Shown: in pieces, positions 12,757 to 24,000 of the stretch | Numbering within the stretch: position 1 is the first letter of the stretch | Layout: the number at the start of each line of letters is the position of its first letter | Assembly (NCBI GenBank): GCA_002633005.1 | Contig: NMRA01000113.1 | Coordinates: 694,239 to 747,877, forward strand | Reading direction: 5' to 3' | Length of the DNA stretch: 53,639 nt | From: Phoronis australis | Taxonomy: Eukaryota; Animalia; Phoronida | Translations under genes and position numbers: made by a program | Notes under the pieces: generated by a model | Database searches by the model: none | What the model saw: the letters and a program-made list of their open reading frames with translations, nothing else | What the model was told of the DNA's origin: nothing

Positions 12757-14030
12757 TACTTGGCGAAATAAATTTCGCCAAGTATGTTGCTCTTCCACTA
12801 AGTTTTTTACTTGGCGAAATAAATTTCGCCAAGTATATTGCTCTGACACTATGTTTGTTTTTTTGTTTTTTTTTTTTTTGTTTGTTCGCACGATACAGGT
12901 CGCAATTTTCGTCCGATCATCACGAAATTTACACATAACACGTACTTCCGGAAGTCCTGGAAGCCTATTGTTTTTCGTCAAAATCGGATCCAAGATGGCG
13001 GCTGTGGCGGCCATTTTGTTTCCATTTAAAGGTTCAAATGCTTCTGGAGGCTACAATTTTTTACGTAGAAGGCTAAGAATCGGCACAGTAAATGGACCGG
13101 AAGCTTGCTACAAGTATACCGGAAATTGTTTACTTCCGGCTAAAGATGGCGGAAATATCGGCGATCGCGCATGCGCACCTCGATTTTGGCTTAAAAACGT
13201 TTTCTCCTTAGAGGGCGCATTATCAGACAAATTCCTTCGAATTTTTACAGGTATTAGTTTCTTGTAACATGCTATTATACAATGCCAAAAAACCGGAAGT
13301 TGCATTCAAGATGGCGGATATGGAGCATATTGACCCATTTTCAGTCTTCTGGAGAGCGATTTTACACGGGAAGAGAAAAAGACGTAATTTTTTGCATGTA
13401 GATTCTTTGAAGTATTATCTTTCAAATGGCCTGTAACAATTTTTTTCTCAGACTTACCGTTTTCGAGTTATTTGAGTTTGAATTTCTTAAAAAAACGCAA
13501 AATTACATTTTTTTCGAAAAATTTACAGAATTAGGCGATACCATCACTTTAGATAGAACTTTGAACGGGCTTTCAGAAGATGCTTTCCATTTTTCTCTAC
13601 GACGTCTACTTTTTGAGATATTTGAGATTTTCTGATAACGCTGTTCCTTTGTTGAGCGCTCTTGCTGCATTCAGGTTGGTTTAGCTTCAATTGAACTAGA
13701 CTGCAGCCTATTTCTTAATGATTTATGACATCTAAATTCGTCATATGAATGTTGTGATGTTGTTCATCATCGCCACCAACATCATCATATTCGTCATCAT
13801 CGTCATCATCTTCTTCATCATCTCCGTCGTTGTCTTTTCCGTTAATTTCGCCAAGTGTCGCACAAGACTGTAGCCTTTTTCTTACTGATTTCAGACTTCT
13901 ACGTTCGTCATGTGTATGTTATTAATACTTCTATTGTTCACCATCGTCGTCATATTCGTCATCTTCGTCATCATCTTTATCGTCATCTTTTTGGTTAATT
14001 TCGCCAAGGTTCGCTCCTCGGAGCGCTTTC
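12757..14030 (+). mobile_element. Helentron-associated non-autonomous element (HINE/DINE-1-like) family B, with two 5' ends and two 3' ends (nested)
   Basis: 5' palindrome TACTTGGCGAAATAAATTTCGCCAAGTA at 12757-12784 and 12808-12835; 3' subterminal ATTTCGCCAAG at about 13845 and 13998; terminal hairpin CGCTCC-TC-GGAGCG at 14012-14025 followed by T-rich sequence; (CAT/CGT)n tracts before each 3' end. Confidence 0.75.
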
Positions 14031-14894
14031 ATTTAATGAGCAACTGGGATGTTAAGATCAGGAGCATGTTTAGTTATATAAAAGGCCTACCTGATATTTG
14101 ATCTTGGACTCTGCTGAATACTGAACTAGTGTGAAACAATTAGGTATAGAGTGTCTGTACAGTGTTAAGCCACTGAGCCTCCAAGGACTCTGTGGCAACC
14201 AACTCTAGCTCCAATACTGTGGGCTATGTGTGACATGGCAGGCTCATAGCAATGCGGTGCATTGCTTATATAAAATACAATGACTTGTGATATCTAAACC
14301 ATCAAATTAAATTGCATCCCAAAGGGGCCAAAGAAGTGGTTTTCGAATTTTTTTTTGACAGTTGATAATACCACTGATACCCGACACATGACAAGTTCCG
14401 GCTTTTGTCTCAATCATTAATTTCTCATGTTGTAATAGTCGGCTAGTGTAGTGTGTATTTTTGACAAAGTTTCCAATGATTGAGAATTACTCAGGCTGCT
14501 TAGAAATAATTCAGTTCTTTTTCAGAACTGCTTTGAAAATTTTATAGCAGAGCAATAGTTTACCTTTTGCTGTATTGTTGGACTGCAATTTAAATAAGAG
14601 AATGCAAAAATGGATTCAGTACATTCATTTACTTACATTTACTTTCTGATTCCGCTATTTGGGGAACAGACTGAACTGTAATCTTTAATTTGAGTGAACT
14701 GGTTCTGGATAATTTTCAACGACACTTGATCTACATAAACTGGAATTTGAGGGGTGCTGTCTGGCAAGCAGCATTAGTTAGTTACTTTCGCACTGGAGTT
14801 TGAGGTAGTTCAGATGTTAAAGAGATACGATTCAATTCTGTTTCAGTTTGTGCATGCATGGCTGACTCATGGTTTGGTCTGTCTGTTGCAGGTG

Positions 14895-14903
14895 ATGAGC
14901 TGA
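14895..14903 (+). promoter_or_regulatory. Minimal uORF (ATG AGC TGA) in the Piezo 5' UTR
   Basis: Lies just after the acceptor at 14892 and ends 32 nt before the main ATG. Confidence 0.4.
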
Positions 14904-14935
14904 ACAGTGTTGTGTGAGAGTAAACACAAGTAAAG

Positions 14936-15005
14936 ATGGGGCAGGGACTAGAGGTGGTATGCAAAGTTCTGTTCAGGGTTTTGATACCTGCTGTACTGCT
15001 AGCTG
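14936..15005 (+). CDS. Piezo: Piezo coding exon 1 (MGQGLEVVCKVLFRVLIPAVLLA); exon begins at 14892 with 5' UTR
   Basis: Acceptor tctgttgcag|14892; ATG in strong Kozak context (AAGATGG); donor G|GTGAGT, phase 1; hydrophobic LLP..LLA N-terminus typical of Piezo. Confidence 0.9.
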
Positions 15006-18000
15006 GTGAGTTCTCTCTCATTCTGTTGCAATTGAACAAATTTGGAACTGTTGTGCAAAAGGAACATTAAATCTAGATGGGCAGTTGAAGCTCTGAAGGA
15101 GTGGTCCACAGACCTAATGAAGAGTTGGAGCATTGAGTGAAAAACTTTTCTAAAACTGTTGACTTGGCAGTTATGGCTACGTTTTCGTTTTATGCAACTT
15201 TGATTTTTTTCATAAAAATCATGTAAGTTCTATTTTTGAAAGCCCCTCATCCAAAAGTGGAACATCTTAAGAACAATTCCTAACAGTGTTTTGTAGAACA
15301 GTGTTTAAAAGCATAGCTTGCATTTTTAAGCACTAGAACACGATTCTACAGAAACTGAACGGTGCAATAACTTGTTCAGTCTTAAAAATGTATTTTCATG
15401 CTCCTAGCTCTGCTAATGTATAGCAGGAAGTAAACGAAAATACTATTTGAACATCATCTACACTAAACAAAGTGCAGTTGTACTTATTCCTTGACATCTT
15501 GTAAGTGTGAAAACAAAAAAATTTGTAAATAAATGACCTTTGCACTAATGACATACATTGGAGGCTCTCATATCCCGTATCATGCAGTGTTATTTCCGAA
15601 CACTACGTCACAACACTTTCTGGACACAGTTGAGTGATTTACGGCGGATCATTTGCGACACAAAACTCGTACTTAAAGACATTTGGCAATTTTCAACCTA
15701 CTTTGTATTCACATTGATGCTATATATTGCATTTCTAACTTATTTGTCCAAGCAATCAAAGAGATAAGGAAGTAGCTTGCAAGTTCCACTTTAAAGTAAT
15801 TATTTGAAAGTTATGCAGGTACGGGTAATATGGCACAATTGATACTACTGAATATTCAGGACTATGTACCAGAGCCGCCAGCATGGGTGCCCTGGACTCA
15901 TTAAATGAATCTAGATATCAATCATTCATTTTATCACAAACATCACTTCAAACATAGAAGCAACAGACACCAGTCTGAAAGAACTATGATACTAACTTTA
16001 TTACTGTCTGCACAGCTGACTTCAATGGAGTTCACATAGAATATTTTTAGATCTCCTTGTTGTGTTTTCACTTTTTATGGGAACAATCTAAGTCGTGCAG
16101 TTCCTCTGCATAAGTGAGACTGTTTGAGCAAAGTCCATGTGACAGACTACTCATATTCAAATGTTTCTACTCTTAGGTTTTGTAGGACCCTGGAAAATGC
16201 CCAAATTTTGGCCCCATAAATGCCTGCACCTGTACGAGTGGTATGAGTGAGGCCAATAGTCCGCTTGTATTTTAGTTTTTCCATTGATATTTTCGAGCTT
16301 TTACTCACTTATGTGGAGTCCTGGCCTAGTGTGAAGACAGTGTTGTTTCAGTACTAGAGCATGGTCTCACCATCTCTTATCCAGCGTGAACATTTCTAAG
16401 TATGGCATGGCTTTACTCCTAGTACGAAGACCACCTCTCAAAATACTAGAATATAGTCTCACTTGGCCACATCCTCACACATGATCAGCCTACAACAAGG
16501 TGCATTGTATCAATACTAGAGTATAGCCTCACATAGCCACACCCTTTCACATGATCAGCCTACAACAAGGTGCATTGTATCAATACTAGAGTATAGCCTC
16601 ACATAGCCACACCCTTTCACATGATCAGCCTACAAGGGTGCTGTGTATCAATACTAGAACATTGCCTCACTTAGCCACATCCTCTCACATGATAACCTAC
16701 AATAAGGTGAAGTTTATCAATACTAGAACATAGCCTCACATGGCCATATCCTCTCCCATGATCAACCTACAACAAGTTGCAATGTATCAATACTAGAACA
16801 TAGTCTCACATAGCCACACCCTCTGGACATGATCAGCCTACAACACGGTGCAGTGTATCAGTTCTGGAACACAGCCTCACATGGCCCCACCCTCTAACAT
16901 GCTCAACCTACAACAAGGTGAAGTGTATCAATATTAGAGTATAACCTCACATAGCCACACCCTCTGACATGCTCAACCTACAACAAGGTGAAGTGTATCA
17001 ATACTAGAGTATAACCTCACATAGCCACACCCTCTGGACATGATCAGCCTACAACAAAAGGTGCAGTGTGTCAATACTAGAGTATAGCTTCAGATGGCCT
17101 CACCCTCTGACATGATCAGCCCACAAGCTGCAGTATATCAATACTAGAGTATAGAGTCTGCTCCAACTTGCTGAAAACAACCTGCCTGAAATTTAAAAAA
17201 CAATTTTTTAATTCCCAGTGATCTTCATAATGATCTCCAACTGATTCTGAATCTCATGGTATTCAAGGGGACATTAATCTGAATAAATAATGTATTTAAT
17301 TAGTGTCTGGCCATCAGAACAGTGCAATAAAATCAAATAATAAATTAATCTGATTTTTTTTAATGAGCTCTTTATCCTTCATAAATTAAAGTGTATTTCT
17401 AAACTTGTATAAAGCTTGCTTACTGATATAGATTGACAAATTCATCTTAAATTGGCAAATAGTTTGATCAAAATGGTTTGTCCCATTTCCATAACTTATT
17501 TTACACCACTTTAGTTAGCTGGCAATGAAGAGCTGAATAATGGCATAGTGCTGTTCATTGTCTTCTTCAGGGAATTGTTTCATTTCAAACTGTGTTAAGT
17601 CATGTCTCATAACGATCCATTGATGTCATTTTAACAATATTTGCGTATGAATATCAGTAAATGATTACGCGTTTGTGCTGATATGGCAGGTTGCCTGCTT
17701 CAAACAGTTTGTGTATGACCACTATTTAATGAGCATTTTGTTAATGTCGTCTTTGTTTGGCTGTAGATTTTACTTATTAGTGTGGTAGCAAGCATAGACA
17801 AAAACAAATCAATTTTTTTATTAAAAGTGTTCATCATTCATCATTGTCTCCTGTGATGATGGTAAAAACGAGGGAAGTTACTTATTAGGAGATATTAAGT
17901 TAGTTAAACATGTTTTCAACCTGCAGGTCAGTCCCTTGATCACATGACTGATATTCCAGCTGTTGTGGAACCGAAAGTAACACCTTGTCGTAAATGGGAG

Positions 18001-21000
18001 GAAGTTGCTTCCCTGGTCACTGTTAAGTGGGGGGGCTGCACTGTTTATTGTAAATGGCCTCTTTGGTCTTCGGAGAGTGCCAATGTTCCTCTCTGGATAA
18101 AACTTGTATTGTCCATATTGATGGTGTGAGCAGATGAAACTAAGTAGTCACCAATAACAGTGGGGGGGTTTGTCCATTTTTTGTGTTCTGCAAAGCAGGT
18201 GACTAAAGGACGTTTGGTTTCACCAATGTCTGATCAAGGGGCTGAGCTGCAGGCCTGAAATGTTATGCTTAACTAACTCAATGTCTCCTAGTAAGTAACT
18301 TCTCTCGTTTTTACAAATCAGTTTTTGTTCCATTTTTTGCCTTTTTTAAGAAACATTGGTTTTATGACCTAAAATCTTAGCTTTGATCAGATTTATAATG
18401 CAACCAAATCTATTGTTTTTATTTTATTAGAAATTGACAATTCTTGCCTTTTTCTGCCAGGTATACTCTGAAATCAAGGCCAATGTCTATTATTTTAATA
18501 AGCTTAAATACTCTTGTCATTTAATGTGTGAGATTTAACTGAGGTACAGAGGGTTTGGCTGTTACTGAGGAGCTAGTGAGTTTGATTCTGTGCTGTTGAT
18601 AATTTCTGTAAAATTACTTTTTTGCCAAGGATGTCCCTTTACGTGCATCATCAGGATACAAAAAGGTCTGTGATTTGGTAAAAACAAAATTATATTATTT
18701 TTTTTAATTTTTGAAAATGAAATGCTGAACATGGTTGAATTTATGTTTCAGCCTGTTGCCCTATTTGTTTATTTTCTTGTATTTATTCAGTGCACTTGCA
18801 TGTCTTAACTACAACCATACTCTTGATACAAGAGTAATTGTTTTCATCTTGTTTTCAGCCACCATCTTCAGAATCAACTTCCTGTCACTAGTTTATGGAT
18901 GTCTCCTGTTGGTGTCTCCACTGTTACCTTGCCCAAGTGCTACATCAATGAAATGTAAGTCTTGTGTCCAAGGTTCGGATGTTCACATTTACAAGCATTT
19001 CCAGTGCTCATATACTTTTGGGGCAGCTCCATGGCCAGTTTAGCATTGTATCTGTCTGTTATTTCTGTCATCTGACTCTCTAGCTTCCAAACAGTTTGAG
19101 GGATCATCATGAAATTTCAGGGATTCATTACTGTTGACTAGAGTAGGCCTTTGGGTGACACTGATTTTTGATGGATCCATGTACTGTTGTGCCACTTAGT
19201 TCACTTTTTATGTCTGCCTCAATATCTACCAAATTCTTTGAGGGATCTTCGTTTAATTGCATATACTTTTATAGAGAGGAAAGCATGGCTGATGTTGATT
19301 TTCAGTTGAATGTGACTGCTCCCTAGTGGTAGTTTTATTTGTTGCTCTTCCCTCAATATCTACCAAATTTGGTGAAGGACCGTCGTGAAATTTGATGGAT
19401 ACGTATGTTCCTAGTAAAGAGAGCATGAATCTGGCTACTGCTGTCCCTCCTTATTATAGTCCATTTACTGTCGTGCTTACAGTAGTTGCATATCAATAGT
19501 ATGGGTTAATTTTGTCATTGGGATTATGAAGTTTGTGTGAAATGTTATCTAGGTCTAAGTTTTGCATGTCACATGGCATTGTAATCTAATCTCAAATTCT
19601 GCATAGGTTAATTCCTTACTTATTTAGCACACAATATATTAGGGCTGACAAGTGAAACTCTTATTTTGTCAAATTTATTAAGAAAATTTTAGTCTACAAC
19701 TGGCATAGTTTTACTGTGTAGATGTCATAAAACAGCATTTGGTTATGAAATGTGGCAAATTGATTTCTATTAAAATCTATTGAAGAGGCTATGTTATCTT
19801 TCCATTTTCAGATTTATTTTGTTGTAGTGCATGCCACCCACTGGTCCTTTATATTATTTTGTCAGTCTGTTTTTTGTCACCTGCTTCTCTGTTGGCCAAG
19901 CCATTCCACTCTTAGTATGATTAAGAAAATTGGCATATATGTTCTTATTAGGAAGAGGAAGGCTGGCTATAATTTTAGGACGATACTGACTGCTTCTGTG
20001 CCTCCTAGTTACAGCTTTGTTTTCTTTGCGTCTATGGCTGTATCTCCTAAACCGTCTGCAGGATTTTTAAATTTGGCAAGTGTATTTGTATGGAGGTGAC
20101 AAGAAGTGACAACGACATTCTGACAGATGTGATTATTGTGCCCCCTAGTGGCAATTTTATTTTTTCTGTTTCGTCTGTATCTTTGGAGTTCCTTGATGAA
20201 TTTTCATAAAATTTTGGCAAATCGGTTTCTATAAAAAAGTTGATAACGCCTTTTCAATTTCAGATCGATTTGTCGTAGTGTATGCTTCAAAGCAACCATT
20301 TTTAATCAAACTACTACTATAAGAATCGCTGGTAAATATGTTCCTACTAAGAAGAGAGTGGCTAACGATTTTTGAAGTTTTCACGACTGTCGCGGTCTCT
20401 AGTGGCAGATTGTTTTTTTGCATTCGCAGCTGTTTCTCCCTGCAAGATCTTCGTTAAATTTGGCAAGTATATTTCTATGATTGCGACAACAGATAACGAC
20501 ATTTGGACGATGACGAAATTTGGACAATGACGACATTTGGACGATGACGACATTTGGACGATGACGACATTTGGACGATGACGACATTTGGACGATGACG
20601 ACATTTGGACGATGACGACATTCAGACGATGACGACATTTGGGCATGACGACATTAGGACGATGACGACATTTGGACGATGATGACACTTCCACTCTGCC
20701 CCCAGAGCCAGTTTTTAGACTGTCTACCACTCTGCCCGAAGAGCCATTTTTTTACGGTCTTGCCAGGTGTGTCTTTGATGAGGAGAGCATTGCTCACTTG
20801 CTATACACACACTAGAAACCATTTTAAGTTCACTAGCTTTGCTGTATATTTAGTGAGAATGTTTTAAAAATAGTAATCATCTCTAGTATTCTGCGCTGCA
20901 ATGCACACGGTGGGTGCATACTCTGTGTTGCTTTTGTTTTAGAACTTGGTGTTCTTCTCAATCTATTTTGACTTATCACAGTGAGAGTTTGAATTTTGTC

Positions 21001-24000
21001 TGTGGGCTTACTACTACGTGTCTTACATTTGTCTGTTGTGGAGAACACAGAATACTTGCATATTCTTCTGATTTAGATTGGCATGGTAACTTGTTATACA
21101 TTTCAGCTCACACAGCACGTTACCTAAGAGCACTTACGAGTATCAGCCTCCTCTTCATAGTTGGGCGAGCGATATTCCAAGGTGTGTTGCTGCTGATGAA
21201 GCCCATTGCTGATATAGAATACTATGACCTGCTACCAGACTGTAAGTAAGAAAAGTGCTAAGTGTGAGAGTGATAGTGATAATAGTTTTATGCAGTGCTG
21301 AAAAATCTAAGGGTTTTGGATTTAGCGATAAAATGGTTGCTAAAATAGCCTTCTCTTGATTTTCAGACTTCTACAAATGGTCACATTCACATGTTGTGCT
21401 ATACAAATCACTCTTAATCCAACTAAAAGGGGTTATAGCATACTTGAGAAATTTGATTAGATGAAATTCCAAAATGCAATTCTGCTAATCTGATATGGTT
21501 TCCTAAACTGGAGAATTTTTACCCAATATTCTCCACGAGCTATTACAGTGTGTCGCTGCGATTTGTGAACGTTTGAATGGCCAACGACCTGTTTGAAAAA
21601 TAGCCACCAGTTTGGAAAAAGCATTGCAAATTACGGATGGATGCTAATTGAAGCAGCTGGTGACTATTTTACTTTATTGCTTTTTCTGTATTGCAGAGAG
21701 AAATTGCCCTGGCAGTAAGCCCCTACCCTTTCTTAAAGTGCACGATGGCAGTAGACCCCGAACCCATCCCTTTAATGCCTATGGTGTATACACTCTCTTG
21801 TGAACTGTTCTTTAGTGTAAAGCTGAAAATACCCTTTGTTGTCAAATTAGCTATATTGCTACTTAAGTTGCCTTTAGTTGACAATCCCTTGTGCATGTCC
21901 CCAAATGCCAGCACTTGATGACCATTAATTTAGCCCTTGGTCACATGTGTACCATTTAGGGCTCCTGATGGAATTCTCTGCATGCATAGGCGTTCTTCCC
22001 TTGAGTCCAACTTGTTCAGTTATATAGCACAACAATTAGTTGGGCGGATGACCACTGTAGCCAGTATCTTACACAACTGATTAAGTCCATTCTGGCATTT
22101 ATGGTTGGAGAGTCTCTTTTTGTTTGATAATTGCTCTAATCATGGATAAGATTATATCTAGCCTGACTGGGCTGTGCTGTTAAAAATAAAAGTTTAGTTA
22201 TAAAAAGTTATAAAGTGCTTGAACATAAACCAATAACATTTCTAATTTCCTCGTCATGCTGATCATGTTTAGTTTTTGAATCACCAAAATCGCTCTACTT
22301 CAACCAGTTAAGACAATCTATTCTGTCCGAACATACCAACACACTGGGTTTGACTGTGTTCACATGTGGTCTGTAATAAGCCTGGTAAGATAATTGGCCT
22401 GCATGTTGTCATACCTAACAAAAAACTGTTCTGGGCAGTTAACAAAGGAGCTAGATGTTATCACACTGTCTCAACCAACTCTGTGTTTGGCAAAGTCACT
22501 GAACAGGAGAAGGTCCTAATGTGGAAGTAATGTACCTGAAGGAGTTCATGGAGCTATAGACTGATATCTACTTAGTGCCGCAGTTAAACCTTTCACAACT
22601 ACTTGCACCAGCAATGTTTTTCAGTGACCTTTTGATGGGCCAAACCACTGTAGTTATGTTGGCGGACACATGAACCAGATTTAGTCAAAATAATTCTGTT
22701 CGTCGTAGAAGGAAAGTGAATTACTATCAAGTTTGTTAAAGTGGGTTCTTTTATCTGTGGAAATTGGTACATGGCATGGTGAAGTCATCAGCATATTAAT
22801 CTATTTAGGTGAACTTTTATTTTAAACTTGTTGGGGTTACTGTTCAGCGAGGCTGAATACTAGTTAGAGGACACGCTGACTGCTGCGTGTAGGTTGAAGG
22901 TAGGTTGTGTAGTGAAGCTCATTAACTCATCAAAAACTTTGTGACTACAGTGAAGATTCTCCAATTTGGGACAGTCGCTACAATTTGGGATACGAAGAGT
23001 ACCAGAAAAGTTGAAGTTTCTTGATTCTTGAATTTGGGACAAGCGTGATTTTGGCATTTACCATATTTGTCAAATTTCGCAGTCTACATAATGGGATAAT
23101 TTTGATCTTTCCAGTGATTCTTGAATTTGGGACGACCAATATTGTCTATTTCTAGAATTTGGTACAAACTTCAACTTTGAGTAAATCTTTGCTATACCCC
23201 AAACTGGAGAATGTAACATAGTTAGACATTCACTAGAGTCTGTCATTATCAGACTGATTTTATAACGTTTTGCAAGGTGGTAAACAGTGGTCATGAATTT
23301 GCTTTTGAAAGGTAAACTGGAATGTTGTTTTCAACAGCACTTTTTGTGAGTGTCCACCGAAGCACAGTTGGTATCATGACATGGCCTTTCAGTTGACCTA
23401 ACTGTACTACCATTGGACTTTGTAGGTACGACTAGTGCAGCCATTGCCCGACAATTTGGTTTCCAAAGACTCAATGCCAGTCCAACAGAAGCCTTAAGTG
23501 TGGTTCGTCTGGTTGTACCAGATGTTGTCGTCTTCTTCACTGCCATTATATCATACCTGGTGTGTCGGAAACTCATCACCTCACGACAATCCAATTCACT
23601 AGAAAATCCATCAACAGGACCAGAGACTAGAACATTAGCAACTCGACTCCGCTTGCATGAGATTATTGAAGAGCTGGGCCAGTTCTTTGTCTTTGTGACC
23701 TTAGGATTGAGTGGCATTATGAGTCCCAGTGTATTGTCAGCTGTCTACTTCTTGACATTCATGTTTAGCGCCACCTGGTGGTCGTGTTACAAGTCATTTA
23801 GGTCGTTCATTTATTGCAAAGTACTTCTTCTACTGTACAGCGCTTGTCACGTGGTCATCATCTATTTGTATCAGTTTGAGTTCTTCCAAGAACAAGTCCC
23901 TCCTGAATCTTTCTATGCAAGGTATGTTCCTTTTTGTGTCTGTAAACAATCTATAATGCTTGTGGTCTTTTTAAATATTAAACTTGTTTAACGAGAATAA

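Noticed and set aside
12674-13267. 197-aa ORF as an independent gene
   Set aside because: It lies inside a HINE, crosses the duplicated terminal palindrome and a poly-T tract, and has no recognisable domain.
15090-15794. Kolobok/TTAA-type MITE ending GTTCCACTTTAA
   Set aside because: I could not find a convincing matching left TIR or TSD.
16430-17155. CRISPR-like regular arrays (also 32570, 43840, 44528 and 53335)
   Set aside because: The units are repeated head to tail with no unique spacers, there are no cas genes, and the context is eukaryotic introns; these are minisatellites.
20362-20730. Repetitive ORFs (SSSSKCRHRPNVVIVQM...), and similar ones at 32722-33021 and 44501-44822
   Set aside because: They are translation artefacts of tandem repeats.
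21930-22130. Possible Penelope GIY-YIG remnant on the minus strand (RLSNHK...REERL...)
   Set aside because: Similarity is vague and interrupted by stops; the region is explained as the inverted copy of the 11685-12200 repeat, whose partner does not keep the frame.
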